From the NCBI GenBank assembly GCA_044348985.1, contig JBIKRV010000016.1, positions 5,725 to 69,724 on the forward strand: 64,000 nucleotides of DNA, written 5' to 3'. Source of the stretch: Chitinophagaceae bacterium. Lineage in GTDB: Bacteria > Bacteroidota > Bacteroidia > Chitinophagales > Chitinophagaceae. The position numbers were made by a program, and so were the translations under genes. This document shows positions 19,345 through 28,436 of this stretch, in pieces (within the stretch, counting starts at the first letter, position 1; each line of letters starts with the position of its first letter). Below the pieces are notes generated by a model. It ran no database searches, was not told the origin of the DNA, and saw only the letters and a program-made list of their open reading frames with translations.

Positions 19345-22300
19345 TTAGAAATTAAGCGTAAGGTTGGCACCCCAAATTCTTGTAGGTGGTGTGTTAAATG
19401 AATTGTTTACACCTTGTGCATTACCAGTTGTGTTTGAAAACTCTGGATCTGTCCATTGATTGTTTTCAGGTAAGAAAACCAATAAATTTCTACCAGTAAC
19501 TGTGAAAGTTGCACCTTTTATAGGAACATGCCTACCAAAGATTTTTGTTGGTATATTATAGCTTAAGGCAACCTCTCTTAACTTCCAGAAATCTGCACTA
19601 GTTAAATAGTTAGAATTGATAGCTCTGTTATAAGCAGATTGCTCCCAGAAACCATAACCACCACTTTGTGTATAAACACTTGTGTTAGGAACGAATTTAC
19701 CAGTCCCATCATCATACACTGAATTAGGGAAAATAAAGCGTTGACGACCATTTTGACCACTTCTGTAAGAGATTCCAGTGAAATCCATATCTGGACCAAT
19801 ACCATTGTAAACTTGTGCACCACCTCTATAATCGGCCACAATATTTAAACTTAACCTCTCATAATTTAAGCTCAAGGTCATACCCAAATAATGAGTAGGA
19901 ATGGTTTGTCCAAATCTTCTTAGGTTTGGATCTTGACTAGGGAAACCTGTGGTTCTATCAACAATTACACGTCCTTCTGCATCTCTTAAATAGTCTGTTA
20001 ATTTGAAAGTATAAGCAGGGAAGTCTTTAATGATAAAGTTACCATTGCCAATACCTAATTCATCAACACCACCATCCAATACTTTATATACTTTATTCTT
20101 TTGTATAGAATAGTTTACTTTAAAGTCTGCGGTAAACTTATTAATTTTAATTAACGGAGTTAATTTTAAATCAAATTCCAATCCTTCGTTAACAAAAGAT
20201 GCTGCGTTTTGTAAAATTCCTGTAAATCCAGAAGATATTGAAGCTGCACCAGTTAATATTTGATTTGAATTATCTTGTTTGTAATAGGTGAATTCGAAAT
20301 TAATTTTATTTTTATTCAACCCTAAATCTAATCCTACTTCAGTGGTATTAACAAATTCAGGCTGAAGTGAAGACGGTCTAAGTGTATTGCTTGCTGAATA
20401 ACCCAACAAATTACCAAAAGGGAAACTTGCACCAGCACCAAATGTGTTTTCTAAATTATAAGGGTTAAGTGCGTTTGTGTTACCAGTTTTAGCCAAAGCA
20501 CCTCTTACTTTTAGCATAGAAATAAAATTAATATTTTTAATTGCTGGTATAGCATCGCTCAAAACTGCAGAAAGGTTTACACTTGGGTAAAAATACCTAA
20601 TTGCAGCAGGATCGAAATTTTGACCATTAGCTAAAAGAGAACTTTCTTCCATATTAGCACTCACTTCTGCAAAAGCCCAGTTGTTGTAACTAAATTGTGC
20701 TTTAGCATAGTAACGTTGTAATCTTGTTTTAGAAAACCCTTCGCTTGCAAAAGGTTCGCCTCTTCTAGCTGCAACATTAAACACTGTCGCCACCCCTAAC
20801 GGAGATGCAGAAACACTTGTTGAATCTGACTGTGTTTCTCTGAATAGATGACCAACGAGTCCATCTAACTTAAATTTACCAAATTGTTTACGAACATTTA
20901 AAAAGAATTCGCCAGTAAATCTGCTTGAATTAAAACTAGAAGACCTAGTAGAAGCTGCTAAGTCTGTACCTGCAATGTATTTATTAGATGCTTTTGCAGA
21001 ATCAGAATAAACAAACGCTCCATTATTTGATTTTCTTGTTTGACCATTAACCGTACCGCCTACACGATAAGTTGCAGTTAACCAATCTGTAATTTTATAG
21101 TTTAATTCTACGTTGGCCAAAACGTCATGATCTCTTCCTGTTTGTCTTTCGTTGTCAATCTCAAAATACGGATTAGCATAATAATCACTAAAATAATTAT
21201 TAGGATTACCCCAATCTGCAGGATTTCTCCATTCTTTAAACTGGGTTAAAGGAATGTGCATTGGTGTGTTAAATACTAACCAATAAATGTCACCAGTTGT
21301 TACATCAAAATTTTGTTGCGTATAAGTAACGTTAAAAGTTGCTTTAAAACGATTGTACTCTTTAATAGCAGAAACCCTAGCACTGGTTCTATGGTTTCTA
21401 TCCTTAGGAACAATACCTTTTATATTTACATCTTGTACGCTTAAGTAAAAATCACCTGTTGAAAAAGAAAAATCATTTTGTGTTGTAATACCAGTATTAA
21501 AAAACTTTCTTTTTTCGTCTGGTTTAGCAGTATAATCTGTCATATAATTCTGACCAGTTATGGTATTTTTACGACCAATCATCACTTGGCTACCATCAAA
21601 ACGAGGGCCATAAGTTTGGTTTTCAACAGGGTCGTAAATACCATTTCCATTAGCATCTTGTGCAGTACCACTACCAAATTCTGTTTGTAATTTAGGCATT
21701 AAAGAAATAGTTTCTAACTGAACAGTTGAACTAAATGTAATAGTAGGCTTGGATTTGCTACCTTTTTTGGTTGTGATAACAATAGCACCATTTACACCAT
21801 CACCACCATATAAAGCAGTTGCAGATGCAGATTTAAGTATAGTTACATCGGCAATATCATTTGGATTAATTGAGTTAATGTAACTCAAAGCAATAGGTAC
21901 ACCATCTAAAATTAACATAGGTTGGTTGTTACCAGTTAAAGAACGAATACCACGTAAAGTAATTCTAGTATCTGCAAATACACCATTGTTGGTGGTAGTT
22001 ACATTTAAACCAGAAACCTTACCTGTTAATCCATTTTGTAAATTAACCACTTTGGCTTGTGTTAATTCAGCAGCTTTTACATTTGCTACCGAATAACCTA
22101 GCTCTTTCTTTTTTGTAGTTTGTCCCAAAGAAGTAGTTACTACGATTTCAGTAGATAACTCAGTCTTGTTCAAAACAGGCTTAACTGTGTTAGTAGTACC
22201 AATTTTAACTTCAACCGTAGCATATCCTACTGCAGAAATTACCAGTACATCACCAGTTTTAGCATTTACTTTAAAAGCACCAGTAGCATCGGCAGCTACC

Positions 22301-22449
22301 CCAGTTTGTGTGCCTTTAATAACTACAGATGCAAAAGGAACAGCTTCTCCTTTATCATCTGTTACTGTACCCGAAATAACACGGGTTTGGGCAGTTGCTA
22401 TCAATGTAGTGAATAGCGTAACCACCATTAACAATACCATTTTTCTCAT
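19345..22449 (-). CDS. SusC/RagA family TonB-linked outer membrane protein
   Basis: N-terminal carboxypeptidase-regulatory-like domain (ISGTVTDDKGEAVPFASVVIKGT), plug motif NGAIVITTKKG, 1034 aa, C-terminal aromatic residue (F). Confidence 0.93.
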   Translation of the reverse strand: MRKMVLLMVVTLFTTLIATAQTRVISGTVTDDKGEAVPFASVVIKGTQTGVAADATGAFKVNAKTGDVLVISAVGYATVEVKIGTTNTVKPVLNKTELSTEIVVTTSLGQTTKKKELGYSVANVKAAELTQAKVVNLQNGLTGKVSGLNVTTTNNGVFADTRITLRGIRSLTGNNQPMLILDGVPIALSYINSINPNDIADVTILKSASATALYGGDGVNGAIVITTKKGSKSKPTITFSSTVQLETISLMPKLQTEFGSGTAQDANGNGIYDPVENQTYGPRFDGSQVMIGRKNTITGQNYMTDYTAKPDEKRKFFNTGITTQNDFSFSTGDFYLSVQDVNIKGIVPKDRNHRTSARVSAIKEYNRFKATFNVTYTQQNFDVTTGDIYWLVFNTPMHIPLTQFKEWRNPADWGNPNNYFSDYYANPYFEIDNERQTGRDHDVLANVELNYKITDWLTATYRVGGTVNGQTRKSNNGAFVYSDSAKASNKYIAGTDLAASTRSSSFNSSRFTGEFFLNVRKQFGKFKLDGLVGHLFRETQSDSTSVSASPLGVATVFNVAARRGEPFASEGFSKTRLQRYYAKAQFSYNNWAFAEVSANMEESSLLANGQNFDPAAIRYFYPSVNLSAVLSDAIPAIKNINFISMLKVRGALAKTGNTNALNPYNLENTFGAGASFPFGNLLGYSASNTLRPSSLQPEFVNTTEVGLDLGLNKNKINFEFTYYKQDNSNQILTGAASISSGFTGILQNAASFVNEGLEFDLKLTPLIKINKFTADFKVNYSIQKNKVYKVLDGGVDELGIGNGNFIIKDFPAYTFKLTDYLRDAEGRVIVDRTTGFPSQDPNLRRFGQTIPTHYLGMTLSLNYERLSLNIVADYRGGAQVYNGIGPDMDFTGISYRSGQNGRQRFIFPNSVYDDGTGKFVPNTSVYTQSGGYGFWEQSAYNRAINSNYLTSADFWKLREVALSYNIPTKIFGRHVPIKGATFTVTGRNLLVFLPENNQWTDPEFSNTTGNAQGVNNSFNTPPTRIWGANLTLNF

Positions 22450-22736
22450 GTGCTTGGAGTTTTTAAGTCTTTACGTTAAGGTTGTAAATATATAGATTCT
22501 GAATTAAAAGTTAAAAAAACTTAAAAATCAAAATTTAACAACCTTATACAAGTTCTTTTGGCATAAAACTATGTAAAACTGCTGCACTTATTCTAAAAAA
22601 TAAAACATATTAAATAATATAATTTGAATTATGTTTAAAATCAGTGAGTTAAAATATACCTACTGCACATAAAAGCAAAATATTTTAATAAAACAAATTC
22701 TCGGTTTTTATACCTCAGGCTTTTACCTTTGCCAGC

Positions 22737-23618
22737 ATGATAATTTTAGATGGTAAAATAGCTGCAGCATCCGTAAAAGAGCAATTAAAACAAGAAATTG
22801 ATGCACTTTTAGCTGCTGGAAAAAGAACTCCACACTTAGCAGCCATTTTAGTTGGAAATAACGGTGCCAGCGAAACTTATGTAGCTAGCAAAGCAAAAAA
22901 TTGCGAAGATGTTGGTTTTCAATCGAGTTTAATACGTTTGGATGCCTCAATTACCGAAGCTGAGCTATTGCAGAAAATTAAAGAATTAAACAATAATGAT
23001 TCAATTGATGGCATTTTAGTACAATTACCCTTACCCAAGCACATTAGTGAAGCAAAAGTGATTGAAACCATTGCTGCTGAAAAAGATGTGGATGGGTTTC
23101 ACCCCATTAGTGCTGGAAAATTAGTACAAGGTTTGCCCACTTTTATACCAGCAACACCTTATGGAATTATGTTGATGCTAGAACATTTTAATATTGAAAC
23201 CAAAGGAAAACATGCTGTAGTAATTGGAAGAAGCAATATTGTTGGCCGACCAATGAGCATTTTACTAAGCAGCAACGTAAAAAGAGGCAATTGCACGGTT
23301 ACCATTTGTCATAGTCATACGCCCAACCTTGAAGAAATGTGTTTGCAAGCAGATATTATCGTTGCAGCATTGGGTAAACCTGAATTTGTAAAAGCCAACA
23401 TGGTAAAAGATGGAGCTGTTGTTATTGATGTGGGCATTACAAGAGTTGAAGACGCAACAGCTAAAAAAGGTTTTCGAATAAAAGGTGATGTTGCTTTTGA
23501 TGAAGTGGCTCCAAAAACAAGTGCTATTACACCTGTACCTGGTGGTGTTGGATTAATGACCATTGCTGGATTACTTAAAAATACATTGCAAGCTTATAGA
23601 GAAAAGGTGGAAGGATAA
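22737..23618 (+). CDS. folD: bifunctional methylenetetrahydrofolate dehydrogenase/cyclohydrolase
   Basis: MIILDGK...LAAILVGNNGASETYV...VQLPLP...GRSNIVGRPM are classic FolD motifs. Confidence 0.95.
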   Translation: MIILDGKIAAASVKEQLKQEIDALLAAGKRTPHLAAILVGNNGASETYVASKAKNCEDVGFQSSLIRLDASITEAELLQKIKELNNNDSIDGILVQLPLPKHISEAKVIETIAAEKDVDGFHPISAGKLVQGLPTFIPATPYGIMLMLEHFNIETKGKHAVVIGRSNIVGRPMSILLSSNVKRGNCTVTICHSHTPNLEEMCLQADIIVAALGKPEFVKANMVKDGAVVIDVGITRVEDATAKKGFRIKGDVAFDEVAPKTSAITPVPGGVGLMTIAGLLKNTLQAYREKVEG

Positions 23619-23670
23619 AGGTGAAAGCGGAAATCGTAAGTCGTGAATCGTAAGTGGGCAGTGAGGATAG
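23601..23670 (+). repeat. purine-rich degenerate heptanucleotide array (period 7)
   Basis: aaaaggt ggaagga taaaggt gaaagcg gaaatcg taagtcg tgaatcg taagtgg. It spans the folD stop codon. Confidence 0.6.
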
Positions 23671-23698
23671 AAATAATTTTATAATTGAAAATTAAAGT

Positions 23699-24367
23699 TT
23701 GGAAAACAATCAATCTCAAATAATCAACCAGCAATCTTTACTTCCTGTAATGGAAAGCTTTTACACCTTACAGGGTGAAGGATTTTATGCTGGAAGAGCA
23801 GCTTATTTTATACGACTTGGTGGTTGCGATGTTGGCTGTGTTTGGTGCGATGTAAAAGAAAGTTGGGATGCGAATGCTCATCCAAAGTTTACTATACAAC
23901 AAATAGTTGACAAAGCAGTTAAAGAATCTGGAATCAGTAACCTCAAACCCTCAACCTTACACCTTAAACCTTTGGTAGTAATTACTGGTGGAGAACCATT
24001 ATTACACAATTTAGATGAACTTACCACTGCATTACAAACAGCAGGATTTGAAACCAATATCGAAACAAGTGGTTCATCGCCTTTAAGTGGCAATTGGAAC
24101 TGGATTTGCTTATCGCCCAAAAAATTTAAAGCTCCATTAAATGAAGTTGTAAAATCAGCCAACGAATTAAAAGTAGTTGTTTTTAATAAACATGATTTCG
24201 ACTGGGCCGAAACCTATGCAGTACAAGTGAATCCAAATTGTAAATTATTCTTGCAAGCCGAGTGGGATAAAAAAGAAATAGTTACTCCACTAATTATAGA
24301 TTATATAAAATCCAATCCAAAATGGGAATTGAGTGTGCAAATTCACAAGTATATTAACGTTCCATAA
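23699..24367 (+). CDS. queE: 7-carboxy-7-deazaguanine synthase (radical SAM)
   Basis: LPVMESFYTLQGEG and FIRLGGCDVGCVWCD motifs. Start uncertain: TTG at 23699 or ATG at 23750. Contains the in-frame heptamer-array insert NLKPSTLHLKP. Confidence 0.85.
   Translation: MENNQSQIINQQSLLPVMESFYTLQGEGFYAGRAAYFIRLGGCDVGCVWCDVKESWDANAHPKFTIQQIVDKAVKESGISNLKPSTLHLKPLVVITGGEPLLHNLDELTTALQTAGFETNIETSGSSPLSGNWNWICLSPKKFKAPLNEVVKSANELKVVVFNKHDFDWAETYAVQVNPNCKLFLQAEWDKKEIVTPLIIDYIKSNPKWELSVQIHKYINVP
23939..23973 (+). repeat. pyrimidine-rich heptanucleotide array inside queE
   Basis: aacctca aaccctc aacctta cacctta aaccttt, five degenerate 7-mers translated in-frame. Confidence 0.7.
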
Positions 24368-24426
24368 CTTGTTTTTTAACAAGGTTTAATTTTTCGTTTG
24401 CCAATATTGCTGCAAGTTTACAGTCA

Positions 24427-26340
24427 ATGAAAAAATATCTGCTCGTCATATTATGTTTTGGTTTTTTTCAACTTCAGGCTCAAACCTATCAGCCTGAAAA
24501 AATTAAAAAAAAAGCTATTCAATATTATGAACAAGCCATCGAATATTTAAGAGATCAATCTTACCAAGAATCTATTCCTTTTTTGCAAAAAGCGATTGCT
24601 GCCGATACCAACTATGTGGATGCAATTTTATCATTAGCTGGCGTTTATGGTCAACTAAAAAAACATGATTTATCTGTTACTAATTACGAATGGGCAAAAC
24701 AAAAAGATACCACATATTTTAAACAATATCATTTGCCTTACTCTATCAATTTAGCTGGTATGGGTAAATTTAAAGAAGCATTGGATGCAGTAAACTACTT
24801 TTTATCTATTCCAAAAATTAGTCCAAACAGTATTAAAGCTGGCAAGTTTAGAAAACGTTGCTACGAATTTGCTTTTGAATACGAGGCTACACACCCCATA
24901 AGTAACTATGTTTTTGCTCCTGAAAATTTAGGCGATAGTGTTAATAGTGAAAGGAGTGAATACTATCCAAGTATTACAATTGATGACAGTCTTTTGGTTT
25001 TTACCAGACATGGAGTTGGTTACAGAGAAGATTTTATGCAAAGCAAAATTGATAACAAAATCTACAAAAAAGCAACATTGATTAATGGTGATATCAATAT
25101 GGAACCATCTAAAGGTGCCATTACAGTTTCTGCAGATGGTGAATGGATGATTTTTGCAGGCAACTTTGGAAGAAAAAAAGGCTTTGGCGATTTTGATTTA
25201 TACATTTCTTTTTATACGCCTGACGGATGGAGTGAACCAGAAAATTTAGGGCCCAACATCAATACAGAATTTTGGGAAAGTAGCCCAAGTTTAAGCCCTG
25301 ATAAACGTGTATTATATTTTAGCAGTAATCGTTACGGTGGTGCTGGTGGCAAAGATTTATACTACAGTATTCGAATGTCCAATGGTAAGTTTGGAGAAGC
25401 TATAAATATGGGTGATAGTATTAATACCTCTGGCGATGAGTACGCCCCTTTTATACATGCAGATAATTCCACTTTCTTTTTTACGAGCGATGGTTTACAA
25501 GGATATGGAGGCTCAGATTTATTCATCATGCGTAAAGGTGAAGATGGTAGTTGGAGCAAGCCAGAAAACTTAGGTTACCCAATAAATACTGTGGATGATG
25601 AAGGTAGTTTTGCTGTAAGTGCAGATGGACTCACAGCCTATTATGCTAGTGATAGAAGTGATAGCCGTGGCGGATTAGATTTATATAAATTTAAGCTGAG
25701 AAACGACATCCGTCCTGCTAGAACTTTGTACGTCAAAGGAAAAGTATTTGATAAAAATACTGGCAAGGGTTTACCATGTACAGTTGAACTAATAGATAAC
25801 AGCAATGGTAAAGCTTTAATGAAAATTCAAACCGATGAATTGGGCGAATATTTTATTACATTGCCTAAAGGAAAGGATTACACATTTACTGTAAATCGAA
25901 AAGGTTATTTTTTTTATACAGAACTCTATGAACTTAAAAATAAAGAAGCTGATAGTACTTATAAAAAAGATATTCCATTACAACCAGTTGCATTAAATAC
26001 TAGTGTTGTGTTGAACAATATTCAGTTTGAAGTTGGCTCATATAAATTATTATCCGTTAGCTTAATTGAGTTAGACAAACTATTACAAATACTTGCCGAA
26101 AACCCTACACTTAAAGTTGAAATAAGTGGCCACACAGATAACTTAGGTAATGCTGTAGATAACTTTAAATTGAGTAGCAACCGTGCAAAAGCGGTTGTTG
26201 ATTATTTAATTTCAAAAAGTACTGCTGCTAACAGACTTTCTTATAAAGGTTACGGTTCTTCCAAACCAATAGCAGATAACTCAACAGAAAAAGGTAGGGC
26301 TAAAAATAGAAGAACTGAATTTACCGTTGTTGGTTTGTAA
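24427..26340 (+). CDS. OmpA family protein with TPR and TolB-like (PD40) beta-propeller repeats
   Basis: Signal peptide, TPR-like N-terminus, repeated S.DG....F.S.R PD40-like units, and a C-terminal OmpA domain (GHTDNLGN...NRRTEF). Confidence 0.88.
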   Translation: MKKYLLVILCFGFFQLQAQTYQPEKIKKKAIQYYEQAIEYLRDQSYQESIPFLQKAIAADTNYVDAILSLAGVYGQLKKHDLSVTNYEWAKQKDTTYFKQYHLPYSINLAGMGKFKEALDAVNYFLSIPKISPNSIKAGKFRKRCYEFAFEYEATHPISNYVFAPENLGDSVNSERSEYYPSITIDDSLLVFTRHGVGYREDFMQSKIDNKIYKKATLINGDINMEPSKGAITVSADGEWMIFAGNFGRKKGFGDFDLYISFYTPDGWSEPENLGPNINTEFWESSPSLSPDKRVLYFSSNRYGGAGGKDLYYSIRMSNGKFGEAINMGDSINTSGDEYAPFIHADNSTFFFTSDGLQGYGGSDLFIMRKGEDGSWSKPENLGYPINTVDDEGSFAVSADGLTAYYASDRSDSRGGLDLYKFKLRNDIRPARTLYVKGKVFDKNTGKGLPCTVELIDNSNGKALMKIQTDELGEYFITLPKGKDYTFTVNRKGYFFYTELYELKNKEADSTYKKDIPLQPVALNTSVVLNNIQFEVGSYKLLSVSLIELDKLLQILAENPTLKVEISGHTDNLGNAVDNFKLSSNRAKAVVDYLISKSTAANRLSYKGYGSSKPIADNSTEKGRAKNRRTEFTVVGL

Positions 26341-26375
26341 TTAAATTAAAATTATATTTGGACAAACGTTATTGT

Positions 26376-26594
26376 ATGAAATCAATTGCAATTGAAAGTG
26401 TTATTTGGAAAGAAGATGAGCATTTTGTTGCCCAATGTTTAAATGTTGATGTATCATCATTTGGTTCGAGCAAAGAAGAAGCATTGGCCAATTTAAAAGA
26501 GGCTGTTGAACTATTTTATGAAGACCAACAAACAGTTGAATTTAGAAATATTGAACAGCCAGAAATTTTTCATTCAGAAATAGTGTATGCCTAA
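26376..26594 (+). CDS. hicB: HicB-like antitoxin
   Basis: Small acidic protein (WKEDEHFVAQCLNVDVSSFGSSKEEALANLKEAVE) overlapping the hicA start by 8 nt. Confidence 0.7.
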   Translation: MKSIAIESVIWKEDEHFVAQCLNVDVSSFGSSKEEALANLKEAVELFYEDQQTVEFRNIEQPEIFHSEIVYA

Positions 26595-26799
26595 ACTATA
26601 CTCATCTAACCATCTTATTAAAATTTTGATGGCACATGGCTTTGAATGGATTTCACAAAAAGGAAGTCATATAAAATTGAGAAAAGTTGGAGAACCTACC
26701 TTAACTGTAATTATCCCTGCTGAAAGAAAGGCTATTCCCCATGGAACGTTTCGTTCCATTTGCAGACAAAGTAATTTACAACCATCCGATTTTGAGTAA
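26587..26799 (+). CDS. hicA: HicA (YcfA-like) mRNA interferase toxin
   Basis: 70 aa. LIKILMAHGFEWISQKGSHIKL carries the HicA GSH motif. Confidence 0.8.
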   Translation: MPKLYSSNHLIKILMAHGFEWISQKGSHIKLRKVGEPTLTVIIPAERKAIPHGTFRSICRQSNLQPSDFE

Positions 26800-26803
26800 G
26801 CAT

Positions 26804-27901
26804 ATGAATAAAGATTTACTCCATCAAATAGCACTCACTTTAATTTCAGGAATTGGACCTGTACAAGCCAAGCAATTATTGGAGCATTTTGGAAATGCTG
26901 AAAGTATTTTTAAAGCAAAGAAAAAAGACTTAAGTGCAGTAGAAGGCATTGGAGAAATAAAAGCCAAACAAATTAAAGATTTTAATCAATTTAAAGAGGC
27001 TGAAGAAGAAATAAAATTTACTGAAAAACACCATATACAATGCTTGTTTTTAAACAATGAAAATTATCCTAAACGTTTACTACATTGTTACGATGCTCCA
27101 ACACTTTTGTATTACAGGGGCAACGCCAATTTAAACAACAGCAAAATAATAAGCATTATTGGCACAAGAACTAATACTGATTACGGCAAACAAGTAACCG
27201 AAGATATAATTGCTGAATTACAGCCTTACAATGCTTTAATTATAAGTGGATTGGCTTATGGTATAGATGCTGTAGCACACAAGGCTGCAGTAAAAAATAA
27301 TATAGCAACTGTTGGTGTATTGGCTCATGGATTAGATACGATTTATCCTGCACAGCACAAATCACTTGCAAAAGACATGCTGTTAAATGGAGGGTTACTA
27401 ACCGAATTCAGAAAAAATGTAAAAGCTGATCGTTATAATTTTCCACAACGAAATAGAGTTGTAGCTGGCATGGCCGATGCAATCATTGTTATAGAAACTG
27501 CTGCAAAAGGTGGAAGTATGATAACAGCAGAATTAGCCTATAATTACAACAAAGATTTATTTGCCATACCCGGTAAAATTTATGATGGAAAAAGTAGTGG
27601 TTGCCTAAAACTCATTCAACAAAACAAAGCAGTATTACTTTCTAACACAGCACAATTAATTGAAGAAATGGGTTGGCAAGAAAAGAAGAAACAACCTAAA
27701 AAACAAAGAGAATTATTTATCGAATTATCGACTGAAGAAAAAATAGTTGTTGACTTATTAAAACAAAAAGAAACTATCTCTATAGATGAATTATTTCTAC
27801 AAAGTGGTTTAAGCAGCAGCTCTGTTGCAGGTGCAATTTTAAGTTTAGAATTACAAAATGTAGTATTAAGCCTACCTGGAAAAATGTATAGGTTAATTTA
27901 A
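26804..27901 (+). CDS. dprA: DNA-processing protein DprA
   Basis: IGPVQAKQLLEHFG SAM-like N-terminus and Rossmann core (GLAYGIDAVAHKAA, NFPQRNR). Start at 26804; the track ORF is extended upstream. Confidence 0.92.
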   Translation: MNKDLLHQIALTLISGIGPVQAKQLLEHFGNAESIFKAKKKDLSAVEGIGEIKAKQIKDFNQFKEAEEEIKFTEKHHIQCLFLNNENYPKRLLHCYDAPTLLYYRGNANLNNSKIISIIGTRTNTDYGKQVTEDIIAELQPYNALIISGLAYGIDAVAHKAAVKNNIATVGVLAHGLDTIYPAQHKSLAKDMLLNGGLLTEFRKNVKADRYNFPQRNRVVAGMADAIIVIETAAKGGSMITAELAYNYNKDLFAIPGKIYDGKSSGCLKLIQQNKAVLLSNTAQLIEEMGWQEKKKQPKKQRELFIELSTEEKIVVDLLKQKETISIDELFLQSGLSSSSVAGAILSLELQNVVLSLPGKMYRLI

Positions 27902-27911
27902 TTAGTTGCCT

Positions 27912-27927
27912 GTTGCTGGTTGCAGGT
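27912..27927 (+). repeat. left arm of perfect 16-bp inverted repeat flanking four-helix-bundle gene
   Basis: gttgctggttgcaggt is the exact reverse complement of 28390-28405. It is embedded in the heptamer array gttgcct gttgctg gttgcag gttacag. Confidence 0.9.
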
Positions 27928-27963
27928 TACAGGTACTTAATTATTCAAATGTAAACCCTCATT

Positions 27964-28344
27964 ATGAAATCTTATAGAGAATTAGAAGTGTATAAAATTT
28001 CAAAAACATTGGCTATCCGAATTCATAAAATGAGTTTGACTTTACCGAAATTTGAATTATATGAAGAAGGCAGCCAAATAAGACGTTCTTCAAAAGCTGT
28101 AACTTCTGCAATTGTGGAAGGATATGGCAGAAGAAATTACAAAACTGAGTTTTTGCGTTACCTAACATTTGCATTAACTGAATGCGATGAAACAATTCTA
28201 CACATTGAATTTTTGTTTGAAACAGAATCATTAAAAGATGAACTAACATACAAAGAACTTATCGAAGAATATCAGCAACTCAGCAAAAGACTAAATGCTT
28301 TTATGCAATGGGTAGATAAAAATTGGCTCACCAAAACGAAGTAG
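27964..28344 (+). CDS. four-helix-bundle protein (23S rRNA intervening-sequence protein / Avd-like family)
   Basis: 126 aa. YRELEVYKIS...LPKFELYEEGSQIRRSSKAVTSAIVEGYGRR...ECDETILHIEF is the family signature. Confidence 0.85.
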   Translation: MKSYRELEVYKISKTLAIRIHKMSLTLPKFELYEEGSQIRRSSKAVTSAIVEGYGRRNYKTEFLRYLTFALTECDETILHIEFLFETESLKDELTYKELIEEYQQLSKRLNAFMQWVDKNWLTKTK

Positions 28345-28389
28345 TGAAGAAAGTTACAAGTTGCTGACTACTAGTACTGGAAACTAGAA

Positions 28390-28405
28390 ACCTGCAACCA
28401 GCAAC
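28390..28405 (-). repeat. right arm of perfect 16-bp inverted repeat flanking four-helix-bundle gene
   Basis: acctgcaaccagcaac, the reverse complement of 27912-27927. Confidence 0.9.
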
Positions 28406-28436
28406 TTTTATAAACTTCATTTGTTACATATCTTCT

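Noticed and set aside
22724-22731. TAccTTTG -7 box immediately upstream of folD as a promoter for a leaderless mRNA
   Set aside because: There is no matching TTTG -33 element at the expected spacing. A single 8-mer in A/T-rich DNA is too weak to report as a feature.
27964-28344. Four-helix-bundle proteins as Avd components of a diversity-generating retroelement
   Set aside because: There is no reverse transcriptase gene and no template/variable repeat pair near either copy. They are standalone IVS-protein-type cassettes.
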